Of a DNA stretch of 64,000 nt, positions 10,889-20,403 are shown in pieces; position 1 is the stretch's first letter; every line of letters starts with the position of its first letter. The notes under the pieces were generated by a model that did not search any database, was not told the DNA's origin, and saw only the letters and a list, made by a program, of their open reading frames with translations. Source of the stretch: a virus (lineage: Duplodnaviria > Heunggongvirae > Uroviricota > Caudoviricetes); IMG/VR virus record IMGVR_UViG_3300026382_000007; one strand, given 5' to 3'. Position numbers and translations under genes: made by a program.

Positions 10889-11962
10889 ATGCCTTTACAC
10901 ACAAAAGGGAGAAAATACCCTTATCCAGCCAAGTCAGAAACTTTTGACTCAAGCTGGGACACATTTCAATTATTTTTTAACCAATTAGACAGAGAATTCA
11001 CAAGTGCTTTCAACTTTATGGTTGGAACCGGAATAGAATTTATATGGATTACCGAAAACGAGCTCACTGCTCAAAAAGGCATGAAATATGGTGATTTTGG
11101 TGTTCGTTTAGACACTGGAGGAATTTATGAGTATAGAAGATTTGTAGATGAATCTGGAAAGCCAGGATGGCGATTCAAGTATGATATCAACTCACTTCCT
11201 CTTAATATTGATAGAGATCCGACTGGTGATGACTGGGGTATGCCAAAAGGGTATAACTGGATCAATAATACATCAGGCGAAAGCTTCTACTGTATCAAAA
11301 ATGATATCGGTAGAACGATTTGGGTTTCTGAAAATAAGGCTATTGGACACGAAGTGAAATTTGGCTACTTTGTTCCAAGATGGAACTTTGAGTTTGCTGG
11401 AGAGTACCTTAACGGAACTTTAGAGCAAACTGGTAGATTCTATTACACAAACGGAGAAGAGTCCGTGACACTCAAGATAGGTGGTAAGAAAGTGGGTTCT
11501 ATTAAGTTAGAAGCCGGAAGAACTTATTATAGTGTCGGTGATCTTGACATAATGTCATATCCTCCAACTGATTTAGAAAATGCTGGAAAGTGTAACAGTG
11601 ATTTGTTCCTAAGATTTTTAACATTCATGGGGACAATTTCTACTCAATCTAGCCCATCATATAGTGAATTTCATGGTGTAGTTCTAAGTAAAGAGATGAT
11701 TGAAATTATCAGTACAGAATCTTCAATGGTGACTGAGTTGAGTAGAATGAATCTTCCAGCACCTACGGTATCATTCGCTAAAGAGATGAAGTATGATTTT
11801 TATCACACTATCACTTATCTCGAAGCAGTAAATAATACTATAAAGAAAATCCTCTTGAGATGTATGGCATGTATCGGATTAAGTTCGTATGATGGTAACA
11901 TAGTACTCGTAGATGGAAACGAAATATTAGCAGACGGTAATGAAAATCCACCGTGTGCATAG
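10889..11962 (+). CDS. hypothetical structural protein
   Basis: 357-aa ORF with RBS taggagtaaataATG. Confidence 0.35.
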   Translation: MPLHTKGRKYPYPAKSETFDSSWDTFQLFFNQLDREFTSAFNFMVGTGIEFIWITENELTAQKGMKYGDFGVRLDTGGIYEYRRFVDESGKPGWRFKYDINSLPLNIDRDPTGDDWGMPKGYNWINNTSGESFYCIKNDIGRTIWVSENKAIGHEVKFGYFVPRWNFEFAGEYLNGTLEQTGRFYYTNGEESVTLKIGGKKVGSIKLEAGRTYYSVGDLDIMSYPPTDLENAGKCNSDLFLRFLTFMGTISTQSSPSYSEFHGVVLSKEMIEIISTESSMVTELSRMNLPAPTVSFAKEMKYDFYHTITYLEAVNNTIKKILLRCMACIGLSSYDGNIVLVDGNEILADGNENPPCA

Positions 11963-11971
11963 GAGAACTTA

Positions 11972-13648
11972 ATGTCTGGAGTTTTACAAAGAAGAGACAC
12001 ATTTTTAAATTTAACTGATTTACTTCCATCTGACAGAGAGCTTGTTCAGATCGAAGATCTCCAGCGATATGGTTTGAAGCTTAAGGGTGATTTTAGAATT
12101 GTCAGCCAAATGCTTCATCGCGATGCTGGACACGAAATGCGAGAATATGATGAATTTCTCAAAAAAGGAAAAATTGGTTACAAAGCACTTGACTTTTCAT
12201 TTGCTAATGATGGCGACCCTCTTGGTGTAGGTGCTCTAGGGCATACTGCTGTAACTTTCGGCCAAGCTACTACTGCATCTGGAATTCATTCATTCGCAAT
12301 TGGAAATTTAACAAAAGCTACTGGTGAAAACTCAATAGCAAAGGGATTGAGTACATTATCTTCTGGGAAAAACTCCCAAGCTTCAGGCGAAAACTCAATT
12401 GCTAGTGGTGAAAACTCAATTGCGAGTGGTGTAAATACATTATCTTCTGGAAAAAACTCACAAGCATATGGAGATGGAACGATTGCAAGTGGTGAAAACT
12501 CTTTTGCTAATGGAAATAAAAGTTATTTACCAGGAATTGTATATACAGCAGAGACTCCATTAACTGATTTTTGTACTGGAACTAGAGCTGTATATACATC
12601 TGATTTTGGTATCAGAAATGGTAGCAATGTAGTATTTTTTAATTTCGGTACTGGTATTCTTGTAAGACTTGACTTAGATGATCCAACGACTTTTCAAATA
12701 GTATCACCAAATGGTAGATTTGCACCAACAATAGTTGAATATCCTTTACCAATCACTATCTCATCTACGATGTCAAATTGGACCTATAACTCAGCGACTG
12801 CTTCTACGAAAGATGGGATTGGGTATCTAACTGTACTTGATGACAATACAAAGGTTTATAAATTTACATTAGAAACACTGACTTGGGAATATCTTGGCGA
12901 GGTTCCAGGTGCATCATTTAATAACTTAGGAACTAATATTGGCGGAATACTATATTATATAAAGAGAAATGACCTTGACAATATTAGAATAGTTGATTTG
13001 GAAAATTTGACCGAGGAAATTGTTCCGTATCCTAGAGGTGTTAGTACATATAAAAATGCATCTATTATGTCACACAACTTTGAAGATAAATATGTAATGT
13101 ATAATTCTGGTGCTGTTGGTGATAATGGAGTTCGAATTTTAGACCCAGCAAATGGGTTTGCAACTGTTGGAACCGTTGAAAATATAGATCCAGATGGGTA
13201 TACAATTGTTGGGGACGGTTTCGAGAATAGAAATAATATTCTATACGATGGTGTTTCATTTATTGGAAAATACTCTAAATGGTATTCAAGCGGAGGTTAT
13301 GGTGTAATTACAGGAGCATATGTAAGATCAGATTTTTCGCTAGGTTTTTTACCTGACGATTGGTTAGGATTAATTCCTCAAGACCACTTGGATGTTGAGG
13401 AACCAAATTCATATGAGTCTGCTTGGGTTCAGGATGGATGGTTACTTGATGGCGACAACTTACTTCTTAGCATTTATGGTGGATGGGGTGGATACACTTG
13501 GGAAGTAGAAGAAGGAGTTGAAATTTCAACTACTGCTTCAGGAAAAAATTCAATTTCAATTGGAAGTGGAGTTACTGCTTCCGGTGAAAATGCCGTTGCT
13601 CGTGGTTCAAGAACAAAAACTCTAGAAACAATAAGTTTCTTAGTATAA
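11972..13648 (+). CDS. tail fibre protein with YadA-head (Hep_Hag)-like NSIA.G repeats
   Basis: ENSIAKG..KNSQASGENSIASGENSIASG..KNSQAYG repeats, ~12300-12520. Confidence 0.5.
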   Translation: MSGVLQRRDTFLNLTDLLPSDRELVQIEDLQRYGLKLKGDFRIVSQMLHRDAGHEMREYDEFLKKGKIGYKALDFSFANDGDPLGVGALGHTAVTFGQATTASGIHSFAIGNLTKATGENSIAKGLSTLSSGKNSQASGENSIASGENSIASGVNTLSSGKNSQAYGDGTIASGENSFANGNKSYLPGIVYTAETPLTDFCTGTRAVYTSDFGIRNGSNVVFFNFGTGILVRLDLDDPTTFQIVSPNGRFAPTIVEYPLPITISSTMSNWTYNSATASTKDGIGYLTVLDDNTKVYKFTLETLTWEYLGEVPGASFNNLGTNIGGILYYIKRNDLDNIRIVDLENLTEEIVPYPRGVSTYKNASIMSHNFEDKYVMYNSGAVGDNGVRILDPANGFATVGTVENIDPDGYTIVGDGFENRNNILYDGVSFIGKYSKWYSSGGYGVITGAYVRSDFSLGFLPDDWLGLIPQDHLDVEEPNSYESAWVQDGWLLDGDNLLLSIYGGWGGYTWEVEEGVEISTTASGKNSISIGSGVTASGENAVARGSRTKTLETISFLV

Positions 13649-13661
13649 TTGGAGATAATTT

Positions 13662-15233
13662 ATGATTACTACAGAATATGTTGAATTGCCTCAGGCAACA
13701 TCAATCACTCCTAATGTCGGAGCACATGGCGAAAACTCCGAGGCGACGGGAAAGAACACATCAGCACTGGCTAGTAACTCTTCTGCTTCCGGCGAAGAAA
13801 CACTAGCCAGTGGAAAAGATTCGACTGCTAAGGGGTTTAAAACTGTAGCCCATGGAGATGCTTCGAGTGCTGAAGGAGCTGGATCTATATCTTATGGACA
13901 CTTAAGTCATACAGAGGGTGAAAACTCTATGGCTTTCGGTACTGCTTCGCATGCTGAGGGTGGGAATATAAGTATGTCTCCTATGCTTCCTTTAAGACAT
14001 ACAGAGGCTGAAACCCCTATGGCTTTCAGTACTGCTTCGATTGCTTTTCCAACAAAGGCTGGTGGTCGTGCTTCGCATGCTGAGGGTGCTGGTACAAGAA
14101 CCGGAGGGTTTGACTCTGAAGAAACTCCAGTATTTGATGATATTTGGGAAGGAGACGAAAATGAGGGTGCTTATGCCCATGCTGAAGGATTCAAGACTGT
14201 AGCTTACGGTCAATCATCTCATGTTGAGGGTGTTGAAACATATGCCGAAGGAAAGGCATCTCATGCAGAGGGTGTTGAAACATATGCCTCAGGAGAGGCA
14301 TCTCATACAGAGGGGTATGTTTCATATGCCTCAGGATTTGCATCTCATGCAGAGGGATATGGGACATATGTCGAAGGAGATGGATCTCATGCCGAGGGTT
14401 ATGGGACTATAACGACTGGTAATTATTCTCATGCTGAAGGAAATGCATCTCATGCAGAAGGATATGCATCTCATGCAGAAGGGCTCAGAACTAGAACTTA
14501 TGGATCTTATTCTCATGCTGAAGGGATCAGTACATATGCCGAAGGAAAGGCATCTCATGCAGAAGGGCTCAGAACTATTGCTAGAGGGGCAAAAGTTTCA
14601 CATGCTGAAGGAGCCGACACTATTGCTTCTGGTTGTGGTTCACATGCAGAAGGTCATCTTTCCATAGCAGAAGGAGATAATTCTCATGCCGAAGGACATG
14701 GAACTAATGCTTCTGCTAAGAATGCCCATGCTGAGGGTGAAACTACAATTGCTTCCGGTGAAGGATCTCATGCTGAGGGTCGCAAAAATGTAGCTGAAGG
14801 AAACTATTCTCATGCTGAAGGTGGGGGATCTAACGGTTCCGAAAGTTCTCCATACTATTATCTTAACCATGCTGGTGGAGAAGGATCTCATGCTGAGGGT
14901 GGCGACACATCGACTGGGGTTTATAATTCAAATGGGTATTATTATTACGGTGGTAGATTTGCGCATGCCGAAGGATATGGTTCTAATGCTGGTGCTGACT
15001 ATTCACATGCAGAAGGAGAGTATTCAACTGCTTCCGGTGATGGATCTCATGCCGAGGGTTATGGGACTATAACGACTGGGTCACATTCCCATGCTGAAGG
15101 ATATAGCTCAAGAGCATATGGAACTAACTCACATGCTGAGGGTAGATACACACTTGCGGACGGTTTAAATAGTCATGCAGAGGGCGAATCAATCACTGGT
15201 ACATTCACATTTGAAGCTTTAGGAGGCGAGTAA
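13662..15233 (+). CDS. tail fibre protein with phage fibre SHAEG-type repeats
   Basis: dozens of G..SHAEG..T.A.G repeats (phage tail fibre repeat pattern). Confidence 0.55.
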   Translation: MITTEYVELPQATSITPNVGAHGENSEATGKNTSALASNSSASGEETLASGKDSTAKGFKTVAHGDASSAEGAGSISYGHLSHTEGENSMAFGTASHAEGGNISMSPMLPLRHTEAETPMAFSTASIAFPTKAGGRASHAEGAGTRTGGFDSEETPVFDDIWEGDENEGAYAHAEGFKTVAYGQSSHVEGVETYAEGKASHAEGVETYASGEASHTEGYVSYASGFASHAEGYGTYVEGDGSHAEGYGTITTGNYSHAEGNASHAEGYASHAEGLRTRTYGSYSHAEGISTYAEGKASHAEGLRTIARGAKVSHAEGADTIASGCGSHAEGHLSIAEGDNSHAEGHGTNASAKNAHAEGETTIASGEGSHAEGRKNVAEGNYSHAEGGGSNGSESSPYYYLNHAGGEGSHAEGGDTSTGVYNSNGYYYYGGRFAHAEGYGSNAGADYSHAEGEYSTASGDGSHAEGYGTITTGSHSHAEGYSSRAYGTNSHAEGRYTLADGLNSHAEGESITGTFTFEALGGE

Positions 15234-16498
15234 TGGCTACTATTAATAAGACTGGTGCATATGGTACTAACTCACATGCAGAGGGCTATGGAACCATAGC
15301 ATACGGATCTAACTCTCATGCTGAGGGTTATAAGACCATCGCATCAGGACCTAACTCTCATGCAGAAGGCGACCAAACACAAGCATTGAATTTTGCTTCT
15401 CATGCAGAAGGATCTAGATCAATCGCCAGAGGTTCGTTTTCTCATGCTGAGGGTGTTAGAACACTTTCTGATGAGTTTTCTACACATGCTGAGGGATATG
15501 ATACTACTGCTAGTGGGTATATTTCACATGCGGAGGGATATAAAACTACTGCTAGTGGATCAAGGTCTCATGCTGAGGGATATAAAACTACTGCTAGTGG
15601 TGCTGCGTCACACTCACAAGGTCGCTATACGACTGCTAATGGAGATGATTCACATTCAGCTGGGTATAACAGTTCTAGTAATGCTCACGGTTCTTATGCA
15701 TATGGTGCGAACTATGATTCTGATGGAACTACTAATTCTAGAAGTTATGCTGAAGCATCGGGAATTGGGTCTTGGACACATGGGTACGGTACTTCAGCAG
15801 ACACATATTTGGGTTTCGCACATGGTTTTAATTCACATGCAAAGGCTGATTATTCATTCGTGAGTGGTCGAAATGTTGATGCTTATGTGAAAGACCAAAA
15901 AGTCATGGGTGTATATAATCTCAGAAACGATGATGCTGCATTTATATATGGGCTGGGTGATGTTCCATCAGATTCACTTATTGAGGCTCGAAATGGTTTT
16001 GAGATTTTCTTTGACGGGAGAATTAAGTCGCCTATGCAAACATTTGCGCAAATAAAAGACTTATCTAATGACAAGTCACTAACTACTCGCGAATATGTAC
16101 ATAATAAAGAACTTTCCAACACTAAGGTCGGAAATGTATATATGGATCTTCTTCTTGAGCAAAATTATGATACTATGATGACTGCTGACATGGAAGTTTC
16201 ACTTCCTATAAATGTTGATGCTGGTCGTAATGGATTTATAACTTTTAGACAAGATGACCAAAACTTTGGAAATGTGATTACTAAATGGGCTTCGCCATTT
16301 CACTTTCAAGATGGATTGATATTACAACCAAATTTGGGTCGTAACATGGTAACGACATTTGAGTATAAAGTGATGAACGAAGACAATATTTTAGTGTCTA
16401 AAGTCTCCGAATACAGAGAACATTTACCACTTCAAGCTGATGAGTTTGGTCTTGATGATCTAGCTATCAATACGACTGGTGATTTACTTCTGGTTTAG
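15233..16498 (+). CDS. tail fibre protein 2 with SHAEG repeats and distinct C-terminal domain
   Basis: ATG overlaps upstream stop; N-half SHAEG repeats, C-half non-repetitive. Confidence 0.55.
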   Translation: MATINKTGAYGTNSHAEGYGTIAYGSNSHAEGYKTIASGPNSHAEGDQTQALNFASHAEGSRSIARGSFSHAEGVRTLSDEFSTHAEGYDTTASGYISHAEGYKTTASGSRSHAEGYKTTASGAASHSQGRYTTANGDDSHSAGYNSSSNAHGSYAYGANYDSDGTTNSRSYAEASGIGSWTHGYGTSADTYLGFAHGFNSHAKADYSFVSGRNVDAYVKDQKVMGVYNLRNDDAAFIYGLGDVPSDSLIEARNGFEIFFDGRIKSPMQTFAQIKDLSNDKSLTTREYVHNKELSNTKVGNVYMDLLLEQNYDTMMTADMEVSLPINVDAGRNGFITFRQDDQNFGNVITKWASPFHFQDGLILQPNLGRNMVTTFEYKVMNEDNILVSKVSEYREHLPLQADEFGLDDLAINTTGDLLLV

Positions 16499-16545
16499 AA
16501 CCAGAAGTCACCTTAAATATAAATAATAAAACATAAGGATAAAAT

Positions 16546-17532
16546 ATGGCAAACTTACTTCCAGCTGATCTCAATAACAGTACAGGAAATGTAATAGCTG
16601 AGACAGACATATTTCTGGTACAACAAGCTGGTAATCAGTTTGTTTCTCAACTTGATTACACGACACTACTTTCAGGAGCAGTGAGACGATATGAAATGGG
16701 TGTTGCAAACGGTGTCTGTACACTTGATGCGAATACTTTAATTCCAACTCAATTCCTCCCAGCTTTGGCTATTTCCGATGTGTATGTGGTGGCTGATATC
16801 GCCGAAAGGGATGCATTAACGGTTCAATCCGGAGATGTTGCTAAAGTGGTTGATTCTGATGGTTCTGGTAGCCCACAAACATATATCTGGTCTGATATTC
16901 AAAGTGCGTGGATTGATTTCCAAGAAACTTCTGATGTTATTTCAGTTAATGGTTATACTGGAGTAGTTTCTCTTACGACTACTGATGTTTCTGACTCTAC
17001 TGACAAAAGATACTTAAATGATACTGAACTGATTAATGTACAATTGATCGGGACTACTGACCACAATTATCTATTAGATACAGAACTTGACAAACTTACA
17101 GCTTTAGAGGGTGTTGATAAAAGAGTTCTATTAGATACAGAACTTGACAAACTTACAGCTTTAGAGGGTGTTGATAAAAGAGTTCTTTCTGATGCTGAAC
17201 TCGCTAAATTAACTCGTCTTGATAACCAAAGCACTGTTACCTCTGCCGCAAATATAGCTATTGATTTATCTTTAGCACAAACATTTGAGTTCGTTGCTGA
17301 CCAAGACTTCACTCTTGAGTTTGCTAGTAATGTAGTTGCCGGACAAACGGGATTCATAACTATAACTCAAGATGCATCTGGGTCAAGATTAATGACTCTT
17401 GGTACTGGGTATGTTACACAAGGTGGTAATGCAATCACACTTACTACAACTGCTGATGCTGTTGATGTGATTGAATATAAGGCTATTTCATCATCAGTAA
17501 TTGTTCTATCTTTGGTAGCTGATGTAAAATAA
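16546..17532 (+). CDS. tail fibre/receptor-binding protein with exact 57-bp in-frame tandem duplication
   Basis: 328 aa; LLDTELDKLTALEGVDKRV repeated twice. Confidence 0.45.
   Translation: MANLLPADLNNSTGNVIAETDIFLVQQAGNQFVSQLDYTTLLSGAVRRYEMGVANGVCTLDANTLIPTQFLPALAISDVYVVADIAERDALTVQSGDVAKVVDSDGSGSPQTYIWSDIQSAWIDFQETSDVISVNGYTGVVSLTTTDVSDSTDKRYLNDTELINVQLIGTTDHNYLLDTELDKLTALEGVDKRVLLDTELDKLTALEGVDKRVLSDAELAKLTRLDNQSTVTSAANIAIDLSLAQTFEFVADQDFTLEFASNVVAGQTGFITITQDASGSRLMTLGTGYVTQGGNAITLTTTADAVDVIEYKAISSSVIVLSLVADVK
17071..17184 (+). repeat. exact 57-bp tandem duplication (2 copies) inside fibre gene
   Basis: ctattagatacagaacttgacaaacttacagctttagagggtgttgataaaagagtt x2, followed by a degenerate third copy. 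Confidence 0.9.
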
Positions 17533-17548
17533 GGGACTTTGGTCCCTT
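17531..17548 (+). terminator. hairpin (possible terminator, no U-run)
   Basis: aagggac-tttg-gtccctt immediately after stop of 16546-17532. Confidence 0.3.
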
Positions 17549-17616
17549 AAATATATAAAATGGAACTTTATACTTATACAGTTCAATGAAAATAGTCAAA
17601 TACATAGGAGATATCT

Positions 17617-19032
17617 ATGGCAAAAATTATTGACCCGGATCTTTTAGAAAGATCCTCTTCAAGTGACAAATTGGGTGAAGATGGTAATATATGGATCGAA
17701 ACGGCTACTGGAACTATTTCTATGGCTTCATATGGTTCACTTACTACTGATGGTGCGACTATACAAGCAGTATATTCGTACTTAAAAGAAGAATGGAAAA
17801 CAGATGCTGCATTAATCAAATACCCTTTCCCGATGGTTGCTATTACACCAGAGCAATTTGAGTTCGTTGATGCATGGCAACCAGCTGACATCAATACGGT
17901 AAATCTTTTTAGAGATGGTGGTTTCGCAATTAAGAATGCTGATGGTTCATCAGCGGAAGAGTTCGTTGGAGCAATCACACTAGGAACTATTGGTACTGAC
18001 GATCAAGTTTACTTCCAACAAGTTTTAGACGGTGCTTCAGCTGATGTTGTTTTAACAGGTGCTGTTAATCAGTGTGTAAAAGTTTACGGTGATGGTGGAG
18101 GGCATGGTATTGATAATGCGTCAGCATTAGATTATCGTTCATACTTTAAGATTTTCGTTCGTGAGCAAGCAAAATTATATGCTCAATCACAATTAAGTGA
18201 TATCGGTGTTACGACTTTCACATACCAAGCTTATCGTTTTCCACTAGCAAATGCTGATGATCTTAAAGTCACTGTTGCTGATTCTGGAATTGATAGTGAC
18301 GGTGATGGTGTAGCTGATGTTGCTCCATATTCTGATATGAATATCACATACTTCGCTACTCCGGTACAAAGAACAATTGGTGCTAGTGATTATGACTTTG
18401 ATGTTATTATCGATGCTGATGTTGCTGGTGACGGTGAATTACCAACTGCTGAACAAATCTATGAATTCGTAGAATGGTCGTTGAGACAAAATTCGGATAT
18501 TGATGCTGGTGATGGAACTGTTATAGGTAAAACTGCAAGCTCATTACTGAAATTTGTTGGTGAAACACTTGTTACTGAAACTGGTGTATTTATTGATGAC
18601 TTTAGTTCAACTGACATCAATAGAATTGAATTCTATGATGTCACTGGTGTAAAAAGAACTTTTCCATTCGTTGCGGCAGGATCTATTAACTTTAATGATA
18701 ACCTTGTATCTGATTCTGGTGCTGTTTATCGTATGTTCTTCACAGATGCAAATGGTTCTAACTTTGGAGATGATGATGCTCTTATCGTTCAAGATAACAA
18801 CTTAGTTGATATTGCTGGTGATGTTACTGGATCTCAAGTTCAATTTACTTTTGATTACGATGGTAACACACAAGGTGGTAGAACTGCTGCTACTGATGCT
18901 GCTATCACAGTTGTTGCAATTGGGCTTGATAAAGCACAATATGTTAAGGCTACTTCGACTATCGGTCGTTCTAGTTCAAACTCTGTGTCTTTAGTTGCAT
19001 CACTAGAAAGAAATTACTCGAATCCCATTTAG
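17617..19032 (+). CDS. structural protein (hypothetical, 471 aa)
   Basis: long ORF with RBS ataggagatatctATG; followed by hairpin + T-run. Confidence 0.4.
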   Translation: MAKIIDPDLLERSSSSDKLGEDGNIWIETATGTISMASYGSLTTDGATIQAVYSYLKEEWKTDAALIKYPFPMVAITPEQFEFVDAWQPADINTVNLFRDGGFAIKNADGSSAEEFVGAITLGTIGTDDQVYFQQVLDGASADVVLTGAVNQCVKVYGDGGGHGIDNASALDYRSYFKIFVREQAKLYAQSQLSDIGVTTFTYQAYRFPLANADDLKVTVADSGIDSDGDGVADVAPYSDMNITYFATPVQRTIGASDYDFDVIIDADVAGDGELPTAEQIYEFVEWSLRQNSDIDAGDGTVIGKTASSLLKFVGETLVTETGVFIDDFSSTDINRIEFYDVTGVKRTFPFVAAGSINFNDNLVSDSGAVYRMFFTDANGSNFGDDDALIVQDNNLVDIAGDVTGSQVQFTFDYDGNTQGGRTAATDAAITVVAIGLDKAQYVKATSTIGRSSSNSVSLVASLERNYSNPI

Positions 19033-19125
19033 TGACGGTGTAAAATCAGTAGATGGTAAATTATTCGTATCAAGTGATGGCTTGATATGGACTGCCAAAG
19101 AGGATTAGCACTGCGATTCACTCAT

Positions 19126-19160
19126 AAGAGCCTTTAGAGGCTCTTAAATATTTTTAATAA
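19126..19160 (+). terminator. rho-independent terminator after structural gene
   Basis: hairpin aagagcc-tttag-aggctctt followed by aaatattttta. Confidence 0.5.
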
Positions 19161-19169
19161 GGAAAGAAA

Positions 19170-20258
19170 ATGAGCAATTTATTTCAAAGTAAATTCACAG
19201 CAGCACAAATGGAGTTATCTATATCTAAAAATATAGAAGGACCAACATATGTGTATTGCAATACTTCAACTGATTTAGATACATATTTTAACGAAAGTCT
19301 AAAAAATGGAGATAATATTAAATTTATTCTATCGTCTGATGTAGTACATACTTTAAATTTATCAATAAAAGATATTACCCTTTCTAATCTAATATTAGAG
19401 TTTAGGTCTAATTCAGCAGATAAAGCAACTATAGAATTCTTATCAGATAAAGATCGGGGATCTACTATTTATAGTTGGAACTGTAATTTAAAATTTAATA
19501 GAATTAAATTTACTAGACTTAATACTGACGGAAGTGCTAATACGAAAAATATTTCATTAATATCCTTTAACAACTCCTCTACTAGGATCATAAACTCTAC
19601 TCAAGATGATACTACGGACGATAATGTTAATAGTTTATTTGGAATTATAGCATCAGAAAATAGTTTTTTAAAGATAGAGTATTCAAATTTTGATAGAACT
19701 TCTGTAGCAGTTTATAATGGAAGTTATTTATTACTATATGGTACAAATTCATTACTATCTAATGGAGATAGTGTAGATGATGGAGTTATATCTTTATGGA
19801 ACGGAAGTTATATTAATGTTTTAGGTGATATTACTATTGGAGGAAGTTCTACAGATAGTAATATACCTAATTGTGTACTACTTGCAGAAAATTCACATAT
19901 GGATTATACAGCTGGTGGAAAATTTATTTTCCAAAATATAGGATCAGGAAACTGTTTTAAAGCTACTGGTGGTGCAGTAATTGATGCAACAAGTATAGAA
20001 GGAGATATTAGTAATATTACTGGTTCATATAATATATTAAATGAAGTAGATACTAAAGGATCTTTAGTTTTTGATACTAATATTAAAGGTGTTAGTACCC
20101 CTATAACATCTGGAGATATTAAAGTAGGAAGTGGTAAATTAACTATAAATAAAGAGTATTTGTTTAGTTCGGACTTTGGAAGTAGTTTACCTACAGAAGA
20201 TCCTGGAGTATCTGGTACATTATGGAATAATGCTGGAGTGTTATCTATATCAGTTTAG
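19170..20258 (+). CDS. AT-rich beta-helix-like protein, candidate swapped receptor-binding/tail-spike cassette
   Basis: coding GC clearly lower than neighbours (N/I/S-rich); own RBS and downstream hairpin cctcacttaggtgagg. Confidence 0.4.
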   Translation: MSNLFQSKFTAAQMELSISKNIEGPTYVYCNTSTDLDTYFNESLKNGDNIKFILSSDVVHTLNLSIKDITLSNLILEFRSNSADKATIEFLSDKDRGSTIYSWNCNLKFNRIKFTRLNTDGSANTKNISLISFNNSSTRIINSTQDDTTDDNVNSLFGIIASENSFLKIEYSNFDRTSVAVYNGSYLLLYGTNSLLSNGDSVDDGVISLWNGSYINVLGDITIGGSSTDSNIPNCVLLAENSHMDYTAGGKFIFQNIGSGNCFKATGGAVIDATSIEGDISNITGSYNILNEVDTKGSLVFDTNIKGVSTPITSGDIKVGSGKLTINKEYLFSSDFGSSLPTEDPGVSGTLWNNAGVLSISV

Positions 20259-20271
20259 ATTAATTTTTAGT

Positions 20272-20287
20272 CCTCACTTAGGTGAGG
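20272..20287 (+). terminator. hairpin after AT-rich cassette gene
   Basis: cctcac-tta-ggtgagg. Confidence 0.3.
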
Positions 20288-20403
20288 TCTATAAAGTCAA
20301 TAAAAATAAAGGATTGTTATTTACATATTATAGTGATGTTGGAATAGGAATTACATTCCAAATAGGTGATAATGTTGAAGTAGATAATATAGGAGAATAT
20401 GAA

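Noticed and set aside
13992-15863. Overlapping + and - strand ORFs inside the SHAEG-repeat fibre genes (13992-14213-, 14221-14412+, 14331-14558-, 14431-14667+, 14640-14891-, 14812-15072+, 15393-15863+)
   Set aside because: They are artefacts of the periodic repeat. They have His/Met/Leu-rich nonsense composition, no RBS, and are fully nested in the long fibre ORFs.
20176-20403. Upstream extension of the 20404-22587 gene (track start 20176, MEVVYLQ..)
   Set aside because: The extension overlaps the end of the AT-rich gene and its terminator hairpin. A good RBS (aggag) precedes ATG 20404.
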